DNA of 64,000 nucleotides from a virus. The notes beneath the pieces were generated by a model, which was not told the DNA's origin, did not search any database, and saw only the letters and a program-made list of their open reading frames with translations. Shown here piece by piece: positions 8,088 through 16,810 of the stretch (its first letter is position 1; every line of letters starts with the position of its first letter). The stretch is taken from positions 1-64,000 of IMG/VR virus record IMGVR_UViG_3300028392_000054. One strand, written 5' to 3'. Made by a program: the position numbers and the translations under genes.

Positions 8088-8319
8088 AACTAATAAGCAA
8101 GTAGAAACATCTTGGGCTTGGTTCGTAGCACGCTACAAGAAACTCGGCTACAAATCTCTCAACCAGTTCGCAATCGCAACAGGCTTTCAGAAGTCTAGCC
8201 TATCCAGATACTTTCACCTTGAGAGGCAGATACCTAGTGGCATGATGTCGGCTTTATGTAGCACGCTAAAGGTCAGCCCTAATACCCTGATGAAAGTCAT
8301 TGGCGAGGAGTGGAACTAA
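8080..8319 (+). CDS. XRE/Cro-type HTH protein
   Basis: LGYKSLNQFAIATGFQKSSLSRYF..ERQIP..LCSTLKVSPNTL; SD AGGAG. Confidence 0.8.
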   Translation: MIKTNKQVETSWAWFVARYKKLGYKSLNQFAIATGFQKSSLSRYFHLERQIPSGMMSALCSTLKVSPNTLMKVIGEEWN

Positions 8320-8510
8320 TGGAAACTTACAGCGTAATACTTACCAGCGACAGCACAACTTTCATCACGACCATAGACTATAAGTATGAGGGTGAGGAAG
8401 AACTAGACGAGGACAAGTTGTATGACTTGGCGATTGCTCGTATTAAAGACGAGGAAGGCATTGACCTTAGTAATAGACGGTTGGACTTTACATACGAGGA
8501 GATTAACTAA
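8319..8510 (+). CDS. Small acidic hypothetical protein
   Basis: TAATG-coupled start at 8319; SD GAGGAG. Confidence 0.7.
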   Translation: METYSVILTSDSTTFITTIDYKYEGEEELDEDKLYDLAIARIKDEEGIDLSNRRLDFTYEEIN

Positions 8511-8686
8511 TGGCTAGTGTGACCATAGAGGTTCGTCAGGTCTATAAAATTACAGTTACAGGTGACGAGTTCTGGGGTGATGTCTTAGACAAAGCCCTAA
8601 AGACTTATTACACAACTGGCGTAGAGATAGATGAAGTAACCCTATTAAGTGCTGATAACGAGTTTATTGAGAGTGAGGAGAACTAA
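8510..8686 (+). CDS. 58-aa acidic hypothetical protein (not in ORF track)
   Basis: MASVTIEVRQVYKITVTG...; TAATG coupling at both ends; GAGGAG SD. Confidence 0.7.
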   Translation: MASVTIEVRQVYKITVTGDEFWGDVLDKALKTYYTTGVEIDEVTLLSADNEFIESEEN

Positions 8687-8808
8687 TGAGCAACTGGGAA
8701 GTTAAAGACGACCAAGATGTTTCGTGGTGGCATTGTGGTCGCCCTGCCTATTGGGAAAATGATGATGTGTATTGTTCTAAATGCCAAGAAAAGTTAGAGG
8801 AGAATTAA
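8686..8808 (+). CDS. 40-aa Zn-ribbon-like micro-protein (not in ORF track)
   Basis: MSNWEVKDDQDVSWWHCGRPAYWENDDVYCSKCQEKLEEN; GAGGAG SD. Confidence 0.7.
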   Translation: MSNWEVKDDQDVSWWHCGRPAYWENDDVYCSKCQEKLEEN

Positions 8809-9042
8809 ATGTTTAACTATGACGGTTGGCTAGAAAGCCCATACACAGACGAGGGTATGGATTGTTCAGAGAGTTATTGCTCTCTATGCTGGACAGATTG
8901 CGAGGAGTGCGATACGCAAGGCGAACTAGACGGAGTGACTTGCCCTAAGTGTGAGGGCGAGGGGGCTTTTTATTACGACCAAGCCAGCGATTACGAACAC
9001 CGATACGAACATGACGCAAGCCAAACACCAGACGACAAATAA
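8809..9042 (+). CDS. Cys-rich protein with DnaJ-like CxxCxGxG Zn motifs
   Basis: CEECDTQG...CPKCEGEG. Confidence 0.7.
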   Translation: MFNYDGWLESPYTDEGMDCSESYCSLCWTDCEECDTQGELDGVTCPKCEGEGAFYYDQASDYEHRYEHDASQTPDDK

Positions 9043-9051
9043 GGAAAACAA

Positions 9052-9525
9052 ATGACAATACCCGAATTACAATTACTAATAAGCCTGATACCACTAGCCT
9101 ATGTCGGTGGTGCTATGATACCGATTTTTCACTCGGACTACACTCGTAATAAAGTTTCTAATAAGATAGTTGTGCCTTTAATGGTTCTGACCTTGTTGTG
9201 TTGGCTGACCTTAGCAATCTGGCAGGGCGAGTGGCTAAAGTTCGGTATCTCTATCCTATTCTTTATAGGAACTATCCTGTTTGGTTTCTTCATAAACATT
9301 AAGTATGACCTATTAGGTATGGGTGACATAAAACTATTAGCAATCTTGTCTATGATACTGTCGTGGTTTTCATGGGGAGTAGCCCTTGTATTCTTACCAG
9401 TAACAGCAGTTTTATCACTTGTAGTAGGGTTCTTTGTAGTAATGCTCTCTAACGCAAAAGACATGAGGTTATCACCAGTAGTCTTTATAGCCTTCGGATT
9501 CCTAATGGCAGTAGCCATGAATTAA
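9052..9525 (+). CDS. A24 family prepilin peptidase (short TadV/CpaA type)
   Basis: Multi-TM; first Asp in SDYTRNKVSN; GMGDIKL motif; C-terminal LSP. Confidence 0.8.
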   Translation: MTIPELQLLISLIPLAYVGGAMIPIFHSDYTRNKVSNKIVVPLMVLTLLCWLTLAIWQGEWLKFGISILFFIGTILFGFFINIKYDLLGMGDIKLLAILSMILSWFSWGVALVFLPVTAVLSLVVGFFVVMLSNAKDMRLSPVVFIAFGFLMAVAMN

Positions 9526-9542
9526 ATAGCAATTAAATAATT

Positions 9543-9568
9543 AAGCCCTCAGAAATGAGGGCTTTTTT
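9543..9568 (+). terminator. Rho-independent terminator ending the early block
   Basis: AAGCCCTCA-gaaa-TGAGGGCTT followed by TTTT. Confidence 0.85.
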
Positions 9569-9628
9569 ATTGCCCAAAGTTCCTAGGACCAGCTCAGCTC
9601 AGGGCGGGAGAGATGTAGGAGAGGTAAA

Positions 9629-9713
9629 AGAGAGAGAGAGATTTAAATAGCAAAAAAGCCCATAACCGTATTTGGCTATGGGCTTTAATGAGAGAGAGAG
9701 AGAGAGAGAGAGA
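9629..9713. repeat. (AG)n microsatellites flanking the nrdJ terminator
   Basis: (AG)6 at 9629-9640 and (AG)11 at 9691-9712. Confidence 0.9.
9652..9686 (-). terminator. Terminator for nrdJ
   Basis: AAAAAAGCCCATA...TATGGGCTTT; U-tract on the - strand. Confidence 0.75.
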
Positions 9714-9714
9714 T

Positions 9715-11748
9715 TTACTGGTTGTCTTTAATTAGTTTTATTTCACAAGCGTCAGTAGTACAATAAGCCTCACCGATAGCCTCAATACCTAAGCCCTGAT
9801 ACACGCCAGCAAAGTCAATAGGGAATAGTTCCATAGCATACTGGTCGTATTCCGCTTGAGAGATTTGAGAGTAAGGCATTTGAGGATAGACATGGTTACC
9901 CATTGGCAAGAAAGAGATCGTTTTTAACTGACCGTCGTACATGTGGAGAACTGTACCTACATCTTTAATTTCTTTTTCAGCGTCAAAAGAGATAGTCACA
10001 GACACAGAGTTATCTGACCACCAGCGTTGAGCAGTCGCAGCGAGAGCAACCTTTTCGTAGATAGATACATCTTTTTCAGAACGCTTAGCAAGAGATTTAA
10101 TAGGGAAGAACACCACAGAAGTCTTAGTAGTGTTTTCACTAGCAGGTTCTACTCGGTAATTAGCCATTTTAAAGAGAGAGAGCATAGGGTCATCATTACC
10201 AAAGCGGATGGCACGCAAGAAGTATTCGCCGCCTGGGGTCCAATGTACGCCTGGACTTTCACCAGAGAGAATAGATACAGTACCAGAAGGCTTTATTGTA
10301 GTTGTTTTAATGCTTTCTCGTATTCCAAGCCACTCAGAATAGCTTTTATCGTAATTAACGATAGTCTTGTAGCCTTCATCCATCCACTCACGAAGCACTG
10401 GAAGCCCGTTGATGTCAGCGAAGTTAGCCACACCAGACATAGAAGTTCCAATGCGTCTGTTCCTTTGCATGATAGCGTTAGTTTCTTCCCAGTGAGTAGG
10501 CAAGAGTGTAACAGTCTTAGCATAGAGATAAGCAAACTTGAGAGTACGCTTGTAGTCCTCAAGAGATTCATGTCTATTTAGATAAGTTTCTACCAGAGTA
10601 CAGCACTCAAACGATTCGAGAGATTGCTCGGCACATGGGTTATAGCCCGCAGCACGCCAATCTTTATTGTTAGGTTGGTCGGCTAATCTACCATACTTAC
10701 GAGTTACATCCATCCAAATAACTCCAGGCTCACCATTGAGAGCGATACCATCTACAATTGCAGAGAGGTCTGTACCCACAGCGGTTTCTACAGAGTTATT
10801 AGACATCCAAGCCCAGCCTGGATTTTCTGGGTCATAAGAGTTACGTTCTGGGAAACGCTCAGCATTTTTGAGATTTAAGAAGTTATCGTCATCTATACGC
10901 CCAAGCAACAGCTCAGCAGAACGGCGAACGTTACCTGAAACTACGCAAACACCAATCATATTACCTATATCCGCAATATCAATTCGGGTTATCTTATTTC
11001 CAGCCCTACCAGCAAAGAGTTTTCTAATGTGCGTGTGCAATTTTAGAAGCGGTTCGTGTCCCGCAGCAGTTCCGCCGAAGGTAGCAATAGGTGCGCCAAA
11101 TGGTCTAATGCTGTCGTAATTAAATACCCAAGTAGGCTGGTCTGGCTTTAAATAAGCATTTATTAAAGCAACAGTACTATCTACCCAACCCTCTCGCGTG
11201 TCAGGGATATCGAACACTTGTTCGCCTTTTGGCTCATAGATGTCAAAGCCTTTATCAGCACCTTTGTCATCAAAGCCCACACCCACACCCAGCATCGAGG
11301 CTTCCATCAGGAACGCAAACGGCTTAGCAGGGTTGTTTTTAGACATTTCATTAGTAGAAACAAATGCGCAATTCTGCAAAGCAGCACTATTCTTTTGCTC
11401 ATTTACCAAAGGCGTACCCATTACCCAAAGACCTCGGCCAGGCGGAGTCCACTTGAGATTAAACAGGCGGTCAAACGCTTCTTTAGCGGAAGCCTGTGCC
11501 TTAGCGTCGTTCCAAGGCAAACGGTTAGTCTTAGCGTGGTCTTTCTGAAGCGAGTACATACCGTTGATGACACGCTCACATACATCAGTCCAAGTTTCTT
11601 TAGTACCGTCAGCCTTTAGGCGAGAGTAAGTACGAAGAAAGGTAATCTCTCCAACAGAGTTACCAGCAACATCTTTAAACCCCCAAGGTACTACTTTGTT
11701 CTTGTAGCCTTCTACGAAGTCGTTTGTTAATTTAAATGATAATGACAT
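9715..11748 (-). CDS. nrdJ: Class II adenosylcobalamin-dependent ribonucleoside-triphosphate reductase
   Basis: RTYSR, PPGRGLW, QNCAF, NVRRSA, NPCAEQ, TIKPSGTVS, C-terminal YCTTDAC; start placed at MSLSF after AGGAA SD. Confidence 0.95.
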   Translation of the reverse strand: MSLSFKLTNDFVEGYKNKVVPWGFKDVAGNSVGEITFLRTYSRLKADGTKETWTDVCERVINGMYSLQKDHAKTNRLPWNDAKAQASAKEAFDRLFNLKWTPPGRGLWVMGTPLVNEQKNSAALQNCAFVSTNEMSKNNPAKPFAFLMEASMLGVGVGFDDKGADKGFDIYEPKGEQVFDIPDTREGWVDSTVALINAYLKPDQPTWVFNYDSIRPFGAPIATFGGTAAGHEPLLKLHTHIRKLFAGRAGNKITRIDIADIGNMIGVCVVSGNVRRSAELLLGRIDDDNFLNLKNAERFPERNSYDPENPGWAWMSNNSVETAVGTDLSAIVDGIALNGEPGVIWMDVTRKYGRLADQPNNKDWRAAGYNPCAEQSLESFECCTLVETYLNRHESLEDYKRTLKFAYLYAKTVTLLPTHWEETNAIMQRNRRIGTSMSGVANFADINGLPVLREWMDEGYKTIVNYDKSYSEWLGIRESIKTTTIKPSGTVSILSGESPGVHWTPGGEYFLRAIRFGNDDPMLSLFKMANYRVEPASENTTKTSVVFFPIKSLAKRSEKDVSIYEKVALAATAQRWWSDNSVSVTISFDAEKEIKDVGTVLHMYDGQLKTISFLPMGNHVYPQMPYSQISQAEYDQYAMELFPIDFAGVYQGLGIEAIGEAYCTTDACEIKLIKDNQ

Positions 11749-11896
11749 AGCATTTCCTATTCTTTTATTTGTTTGGGGTAGTGTTCTAGTATAGGTCATC
11801 CCTGTTAGAAGATGATCCGGAAGCGGAAGGTGGGTGTGTTATTTTGAATCAATTTAGGACTATGCCATTTCAGGCGTTTTTTAATACATATATCAG

Positions 11897-13342
11897 CTAT
11901 ATGTCAGTCGTGTTTATCTTCTTAATTATCTCGTTTGTCTGGTCTTCATTGTATCCGTTATTAGGTAGTTCAGTCAATTTTTGAGCCCTATCGCCGAATA
12001 AACTGGACAAAACTCCAGCCGAATTTCCACGCTCAACAGAGATTCTCATAGTCTCTTTTGACTCGTCTAATTCTTTAATAGTCTTAAGCATTTTAAAGAA
12101 TCTATCCATCTCTAGACCTGTATTTGGGTCAGGATATCCGCCGTTTAAATCCTCTGCAAACTTGGCAAATGCCACTCGTTGCCCTTGTATTTCAAGGAGT
12201 GAGTTAATTAGACCCTTAAGTTGTTCCTTGGTTTTTACCTCAACTGGTAGGTTAAACGCACAAGGGTTATCCACCTTAAAAGCAGGACAGTTATCCTTGA
12301 CAAAACAAGAATTACACTGGCGTAGGCTAGTGCTATTTGAACGAAGAACAGGTACATCTTTAATTACATCACGACCAGTTTCATCCGTCTCAATGACACG
12401 TGAAACTTCTACTCCAAGAACAGGTAAAGTACGCATTTCGAGTGGATTTCGCTGTAAAAGTTTGACTGATTCAGATGCTGATATATCAGTATTAGAGGGG
12501 GTAGTTTGACTATTTTGAGGGGGTAACATTTCACCACTTATATCTGATATATGTTTAGTGCTATCAGCCCATATTTCTAGCTGTTGATACGACCATACGG
12601 CGAGCCTAGAGACCTCAACAGCGTCATCTGCAAGTATCTTATCGAAGTTTAAGTTAGCCTCTTCATAAGCGGCTTTATAGCGTGAGCGAGCCTGGTCTTT
12701 CATACGTTTAGGGTAACGGTGTAGTTGATTACCAAACCATACGATAGTTTCGCCCCTCATCATAGGAGATAACCAAGCAAGCGTGCTAGTAGTCTCAAAC
12801 GGCGAGTTACGGAACTTATCAGGCTTGATAGACCCTAAAATGTGAAACTTAGTACCATGCTGGGAAGAAAACTTGCGGCACATCGGCTCAAGTGCTTCTG
12901 CTACATTTCCAGCAATAAAAACATTTAAATATCTAGTGGCAAGGCTTTCTAAACTACCTTCGGTATAAACAACACCAAACTTAGTATCATCTACCTCATT
13001 CCACACAGACGCCCGCTGCTGGGTAATAAACTCTTGAGACAGATTTGGGTGGCTTATTTCACTAAAAAGGGTAATTCTATTCAGGTTATCTGAAATAAAC
13101 TCCTCATAGTCGGCACAAAAGTCCTCTAATTCCTCATCCGTTAAGCTGGCTGTAGCCGGTATGCCTGGATACACATATACTTCTACCTCATCTTTAAAAT
13201 AGTTCTCTAATAAATATTTTTTAGTCTTTGGTAAACCACGCTTTACAAGGCCCCAATAACTAACGCCAACCTTTTGAGCGTTTGAGTGGTCTAAGATAGT
13301 GCGGTTGCTAGGTACTTCTGCACCTAAATAAATTATCTTCAT
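11897..13342 (-). CDS. Hypothetical: possible degenerate TGT/DpdA-like barrel plus Cx2Cx5Cx8C cluster
   Basis: KFHILG...PFETTSTLAW resembles the HxFG...PxxSxDSxSW segment of TGT-like phage proteins; CNSCFVKDNCPAFKVDNPC. Confidence 0.4.
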   Translation of the reverse strand: MKIIYLGAEVPSNRTILDHSNAQKVGVSYWGLVKRGLPKTKKYLLENYFKDEVEVYVYPGIPATASLTDEELEDFCADYEEFISDNLNRITLFSEISHPNLSQEFITQQRASVWNEVDDTKFGVVYTEGSLESLATRYLNVFIAGNVAEALEPMCRKFSSQHGTKFHILGSIKPDKFRNSPFETTSTLAWLSPMMRGETIVWFGNQLHRYPKRMKDQARSRYKAAYEEANLNFDKILADDAVEVSRLAVWSYQQLEIWADSTKHISDISGEMLPPQNSQTTPSNTDISASESVKLLQRNPLEMRTLPVLGVEVSRVIETDETGRDVIKDVPVLRSNSTSLRQCNSCFVKDNCPAFKVDNPCAFNLPVEVKTKEQLKGLINSLLEIQGQRVAFAKFAEDLNGGYPDPNTGLEMDRFFKMLKTIKELDESKETMRISVERGNSAGVLSSLFGDRAQKLTELPNNGYNEDQTNEIIKKINTTDI

Positions 13343-13794
13343 ATGCGGTCATCCTCTGCCTTCATATCTATCTGCCTATCTAGTTCGCTAACTAGGTCAT
13401 CCCAAGTCTTACGACCTACGCGACCATCTGGTCTAAACTTAGCACTTTGATAGACTGGATGTAACCAGAGTAGTGTTTTAATACCATTTTGTACGCATTT
13501 TAACCCTAATTCTACATCAGCCAATATGACCATAAACAATGGTCCCGATGCCTGTTGATGTTGAATCTTTAGGAAGTCTTTGTCTTCATATTCGCCAACT
13601 GTTTTATTAGAAATAAACCCATCTATGTCGTCAAGTTTATGTTCTCTGCACCAACGCTGAGCTTCTTCTTGGTCATCGCAAGCAAGCATGACCGTGCCAT
13701 TTACATTAAGGGATTTATACAGCGCAACACCCTCATAGATAGGGATTTTACTGCTAGACCGCATTACGCCATCCATAAATAATACAATTGCCAC
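13339..13794 (-). CDS. HAD-superfamily-like protein (degenerate motif I)
   Basis: IVLFMDGVMR N-terminus followed by PIYEG. Confidence 0.5.
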   Translation of the reverse strand: MAIVLFMDGVMRSSSKIPIYEGVALYKSLNVNGTVMLACDDQEEAQRWCREHKLDDIDGFISNKTVGEYEDKDFLKIQHQQASGPLFMVILADVELGLKCVQNGIKTLLWLHPVYQSAKFRPDGRVGRKTWDDLVSELDRQIDMKAEDDRI

Positions 13795-13807
13795 GAATTA
13801 ATTCTTC

Positions 13808-14701
13808 CTAAATAAAGCGTCTAGTTGCTGCGCGTCTAATTAACGTGCTTGCGTCTGGTAAATCTACTCCATATGTCTTTTTGTTTAACGCCTCATCTTG
13901 GGCGTCCATTTCGTCTTTCAATGAGCGTAATGCTTGAATAACACCTGACTGTTTACCTGCTTGCCAACGGTAGTTAGCAAAATCGGCATAACCTTCACCA
14001 GTAGGACTAAAGGCTGACGAACGGCCTTGATGCACACTTTCATACAAACCTGAACCCTGTACCATAGCGATACGCATTTCGGATCTCGCATTTGCACGTA
14101 GCGCTTCATTTCCTGCTTGTTCATATCTATCTTTAGCATTTTGGTATTTAGTTAATATATCTATGGCTTGTACTCTATCGCCCTCAATAGCACTATTCCA
14201 GGTAGGGCTTACATCAACACGCAAAGGCGATGGATTAACTGTCCAAGTGTCATCAGTAAGTGAATACGCAGCGTAAGGTTTAATATCTACAATATTGCTA
14301 CGAACGTTTACATAAAATGTTAATTCAAATGCGCCTAAGAACTCACCAGTAATTGGATGCAAGTCTTCCCTGAATCCTTCATTTAACATCTGGGCAATTT
14401 CTTTATCGCTTAGCCCAGTGAATTGAGTGTTTGAACTGCGAAAACTGCGGTAATCTATACCGATTAAACAGTCCAAGTCACCTGGGTCGCGATGCGCAGC
14501 CCACTGGAATGAAACCCCAGAGCCAGCTAACCAAACGTGAGCCCACGCACTACTACTCGTGTAATACTTATCTAAATAGTTAAATAGCAATTGCAAAACA
14601 GCAGAACGTACCATCGGCTGTATTTTATTACTCTTAAACAACCGTGGGTCTAAAATAGCAGCGGGTTCGCTGAAATAAGATGTTTCTGATGGTTCTAGCA
14701 T
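13808..14701 (-). CDS. Pol-beta superfamily nucleotidyltransferase
   Basis: WLAGSG...GDLDCLIG (hGS..DxD), ELTFYV, YSLTDDTW. Confidence 0.75.
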   Translation of the reverse strand: MLEPSETSYFSEPAAILDPRLFKSNKIQPMVRSAVLQLLFNYLDKYYTSSSAWAHVWLAGSGVSFQWAAHRDPGDLDCLIGIDYRSFRSSNTQFTGLSDKEIAQMLNEGFREDLHPITGEFLGAFELTFYVNVRSNIVDIKPYAAYSLTDDTWTVNPSPLRVDVSPTWNSAIEGDRVQAIDILTKYQNAKDRYEQAGNEALRANARSEMRIAMVQGSGLYESVHQGRSSAFSPTGEGYADFANYRWQAGKQSGVIQALRSLKDEMDAQDEALNKKTYGVDLPDASTLIRRAATRRFI

Positions 14702-14911
14702 TTAATCCTCGTCGTCATCTTGCGGAACGATTTGTCTGATGTCAAACTCTTTGCGAATAGTGCGGTCTGGCATTTCTTCTTTAACTGGGGTTACGAAACC
14801 ACAACCAGTGTGGGCTTCTAAAAAGCGTATGGTAGTAAACTGAGTAAAACTCTCATTGAACCCGTCAAGTTGAAGTGTAGCTCCGCATTTGCAGGACATT
14901 TCAGTAAACAT
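14702..14911 (-). CDS. Small Zn-binding hypothetical protein
   Basis: CKCG...HTGC. Confidence 0.65.
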   Translation of the reverse strand: MFTEMSCKCGATLQLDGFNESFTQFTTIRFLEAHTGCGFVTPVKEEMPDRTIRKEFDIRQIVPQDDDED

Positions 14912-14930
14912 GGGTTCTCCTAAAGGTATA

Positions 14931-15188
14931 TTACTCTTCTATTGTACTCTCGCTTTGGGGGGCTAACGCGGTTATAATCAAAGCCGCTAACTGTTGTTGC
15001 CCTAATGAATATGCTACCTCTGAGGAGCCTACACGGACCTCGTTGAGGGTAGTTTCGCGCTGTATGGATAGAGGCGCTGATAGGTCTGTCAGTACATGCC
15101 AAGCACCTGACTTGGCCTTAACGACCAAAAATCCTGTCTCAAACTCTGTAACTTCTGGGGTTAACTCGTTTTGTGTTTCATCTGTCAT
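14931..15188 (-). CDS. Hypothetical protein
   Basis: 85 aa, ATGA overlap. Confidence 0.65.
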   Translation of the reverse strand: MTDETQNELTPEVTEFETGFLVVKAKSGAWHVLTDLSAPLSIQRETTLNEVRVGSSEVAYSLGQQQLAALIITALAPQSESTIEE

Positions 15189-15682
15189 TTTGATATACCT
15201 TTTTCATCGTGGAATTTAACCATATTAAACGATTTAACTGGGCAAAAATCGCACAGATAAATGGTTGGACCCGCATACTTGTCTAAGTTTTCAGCTTTAC
15301 GCATCTGCTCAGTACCTGCCGAAAGTTTCTTTTTATCTGACTTATAGTCAGGACATTGACCTTTTGGGCGTAGATGTAAACTATAACAGTTCATCGCGTC
15401 ATCTGCAAACTGCATACGAGTATTGTAAAAAGGTAGACCTAAGCCTTCGCCTTCGCCGTTAGACAGCTGTTTAATTACATCTTCTTTAAGGGCTGGGGTA
15501 GACCAAACGGCTTTAGGCACGTTCCATAGACGGCCATAATGCAACTCACCGTGGCGCTCTACCGTAATGTTTAAAAGGGTGTTGCCTGGGTCTTCCTCAG
15601 CAGAAGGCAATTCGTCAATGGTACGACAGTTCTTACACACCAGTAAACGGAAATACGGTTCTTGCTCTTCTTTATTCGACAT
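15185..15682 (-). CDS. Cys/His-rich hypothetical protein
   Basis: CKNC, C..H..C, CDFC; AGGAG SD. Confidence 0.75.
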   Translation of the reverse strand: MSNKEEQEPYFRLLVCKNCRTIDELPSAEEDPGNTLLNITVERHGELHYGRLWNVPKAVWSTPALKEDVIKQLSNGEGEGLGLPFYNTRMQFADDAMNCYSLHLRPKGQCPDYKSDKKKLSAGTEQMRKAENLDKYAGPTIYLCDFCPVKSFNMVKFHDEKGISK

Positions 15683-15738
15683 ATAGTGCTCCTGTTAGAT
15701 AGGTGATTAGCCTATCACATGATTTGGTTTTGTGTTAC

Positions 15739-15990
15739 TTACACTCCTGGGTCTGTTGCGCCCGGAACCTTGGTATTCTTTACTCTATCATAAGTAGCTT
15801 GAGAAGCTCTGTATGCTGGAGATGAGCCTGGTGCCGCAACTCCTGGAATAGGTCCACCAGTAATCATGGTCTTTGCATCAAGATTTGGGTTAGTTTTCTC
15901 ACCCTTTTTAGCGTTGTGTGCCCCAAAGGACTCTTTACGGCCAAGTTGTACGTCTTTACCTTTGCCACGGCGGTCTCTGAATAATGCCAT
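15739..15990 (-). CDS. Small basic protein (MALFRDRR)
   Basis: ORF track; operon context. Confidence 0.7.
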   Translation of the reverse strand: MALFRDRRGKGKDVQLGRKESFGAHNAKKGEKTNPNLDAKTMITGGPIPGVAAPGSSPAYRASQATYDRVKNTKVPGATDPGV

Positions 15991-15996
15991 TTTTAT

Positions 15997-16380
15997 CTAC
16001 TTTCCTTGATTTTCTCTACGCAACCTATTACCGGTGCGTTTATTGTGTTTACGAGCACTTTTATCCACAGCTTTGGCGGACATGTCATAACCTTTTGCAA
16101 CTAATGGTGCAATAATTTTACGGGTAATGACGCCTTGACCCTCGTCTTTCATGTGCTTTTGCATTCTTGGGTGCTTAGCTAGTGCAGACATCGAAGGAAA
16201 TACTTGCTCATGTTCTGCGCCTGGAAGTTTTGTAGAAACTTCCGTTGGGTTAGTTTTGGTAGGAAAAAAATCATAAGGCAAAGTATTGCGGCTATCAAGG
16301 CGCATTTTGGATTTAGTGCCTTCGCTATCTCTACCTAAATTAACAAGTTCGCCACTTCTGCGGTCATGAAATGTTGCCAT
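15997..16380 (-). CDS. Small basic protein (MATFHDRR)
   Basis: ORF track; N-terminus similar to the neighbour. Confidence 0.7.
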   Translation of the reverse strand: MATFHDRRSGELVNLGRDSEGTKSKMRLDSRNTLPYDFFPTKTNPTEVSTKLPGAEHEQVFPSMSALAKHPRMQKHMKDEGQGVITRKIIAPLVAKGYDMSAKAVDKSARKHNKRTGNRLRRENQGK

Positions 16381-16382
16381 GA

Positions 16383-16589
16383 TTACTTTCCTGGGTTTAC
16401 CTTGTTTGGGTCTTCGCTGTTAATGAAACCGTAGTTCATGTAAGGGTGTAGACCAGCACGGTTTTGTGCAACGGTCTGGTCACCCTGTCCCGGGGCTACA
16501 GTTGTGTTTGGGCGACGCTTACGGTACTTACCGTCAGTTGCGCCTTCTTGCATACTCTCGTTCTCTGAACGTGACTTATTTACTGCCAT
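16383..16589 (-). CDS. Small hypothetical protein
   Basis: AGGAG SD; GATDGKYRK. Confidence 0.75.
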   Translation of the reverse strand: MAVNKSRSENESMQEGATDGKYRKRRPNTTVAPGQGDQTVAQNRAGLHPYMNYGFINSEDPNKVNPGK

Positions 16590-16599
16590 GATTGTCTCC

Positions 16600-16809
16600 T
16601 TAGACCATCTTGTTTTTAACGCGCTTTACTGCTTGACGTCTTGAACAAGACGGGCAGATGTCCGAGTTAAGGGATTGAACTGGGTTTAAAATAAGCCCAC
16701 AACTAGTGCAGCCTTTATCACCATTATACTGTGTACGGTTAATATCCGCTGGGTATGGTGCAGGAAATGCTGTGCCATCGCCAGAAGGGTCTATCATGCT
16801 TAAATCCAT
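16600..16809 (-). CDS. Small Zn-ribbon protein
   Basis: CTSC...CPSC. Confidence 0.7.
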   Translation of the reverse strand: MDLSMIDPSGDGTAFPAPYPADINRTQYNGDKGCTSCGLILNPVQSLNSDICPSCSRRQAVKRVKNKMV

Positions 16810-16810
16810 A

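Noticed and set aside
10027-11619. Several + strand ORFs inside nrdJ, and similar antisense ORFs in recA, polA, SNF2, tape measure and sheath
   Set aside because: Shadow ORFs opposite well-supported genes, with no motifs or SD.
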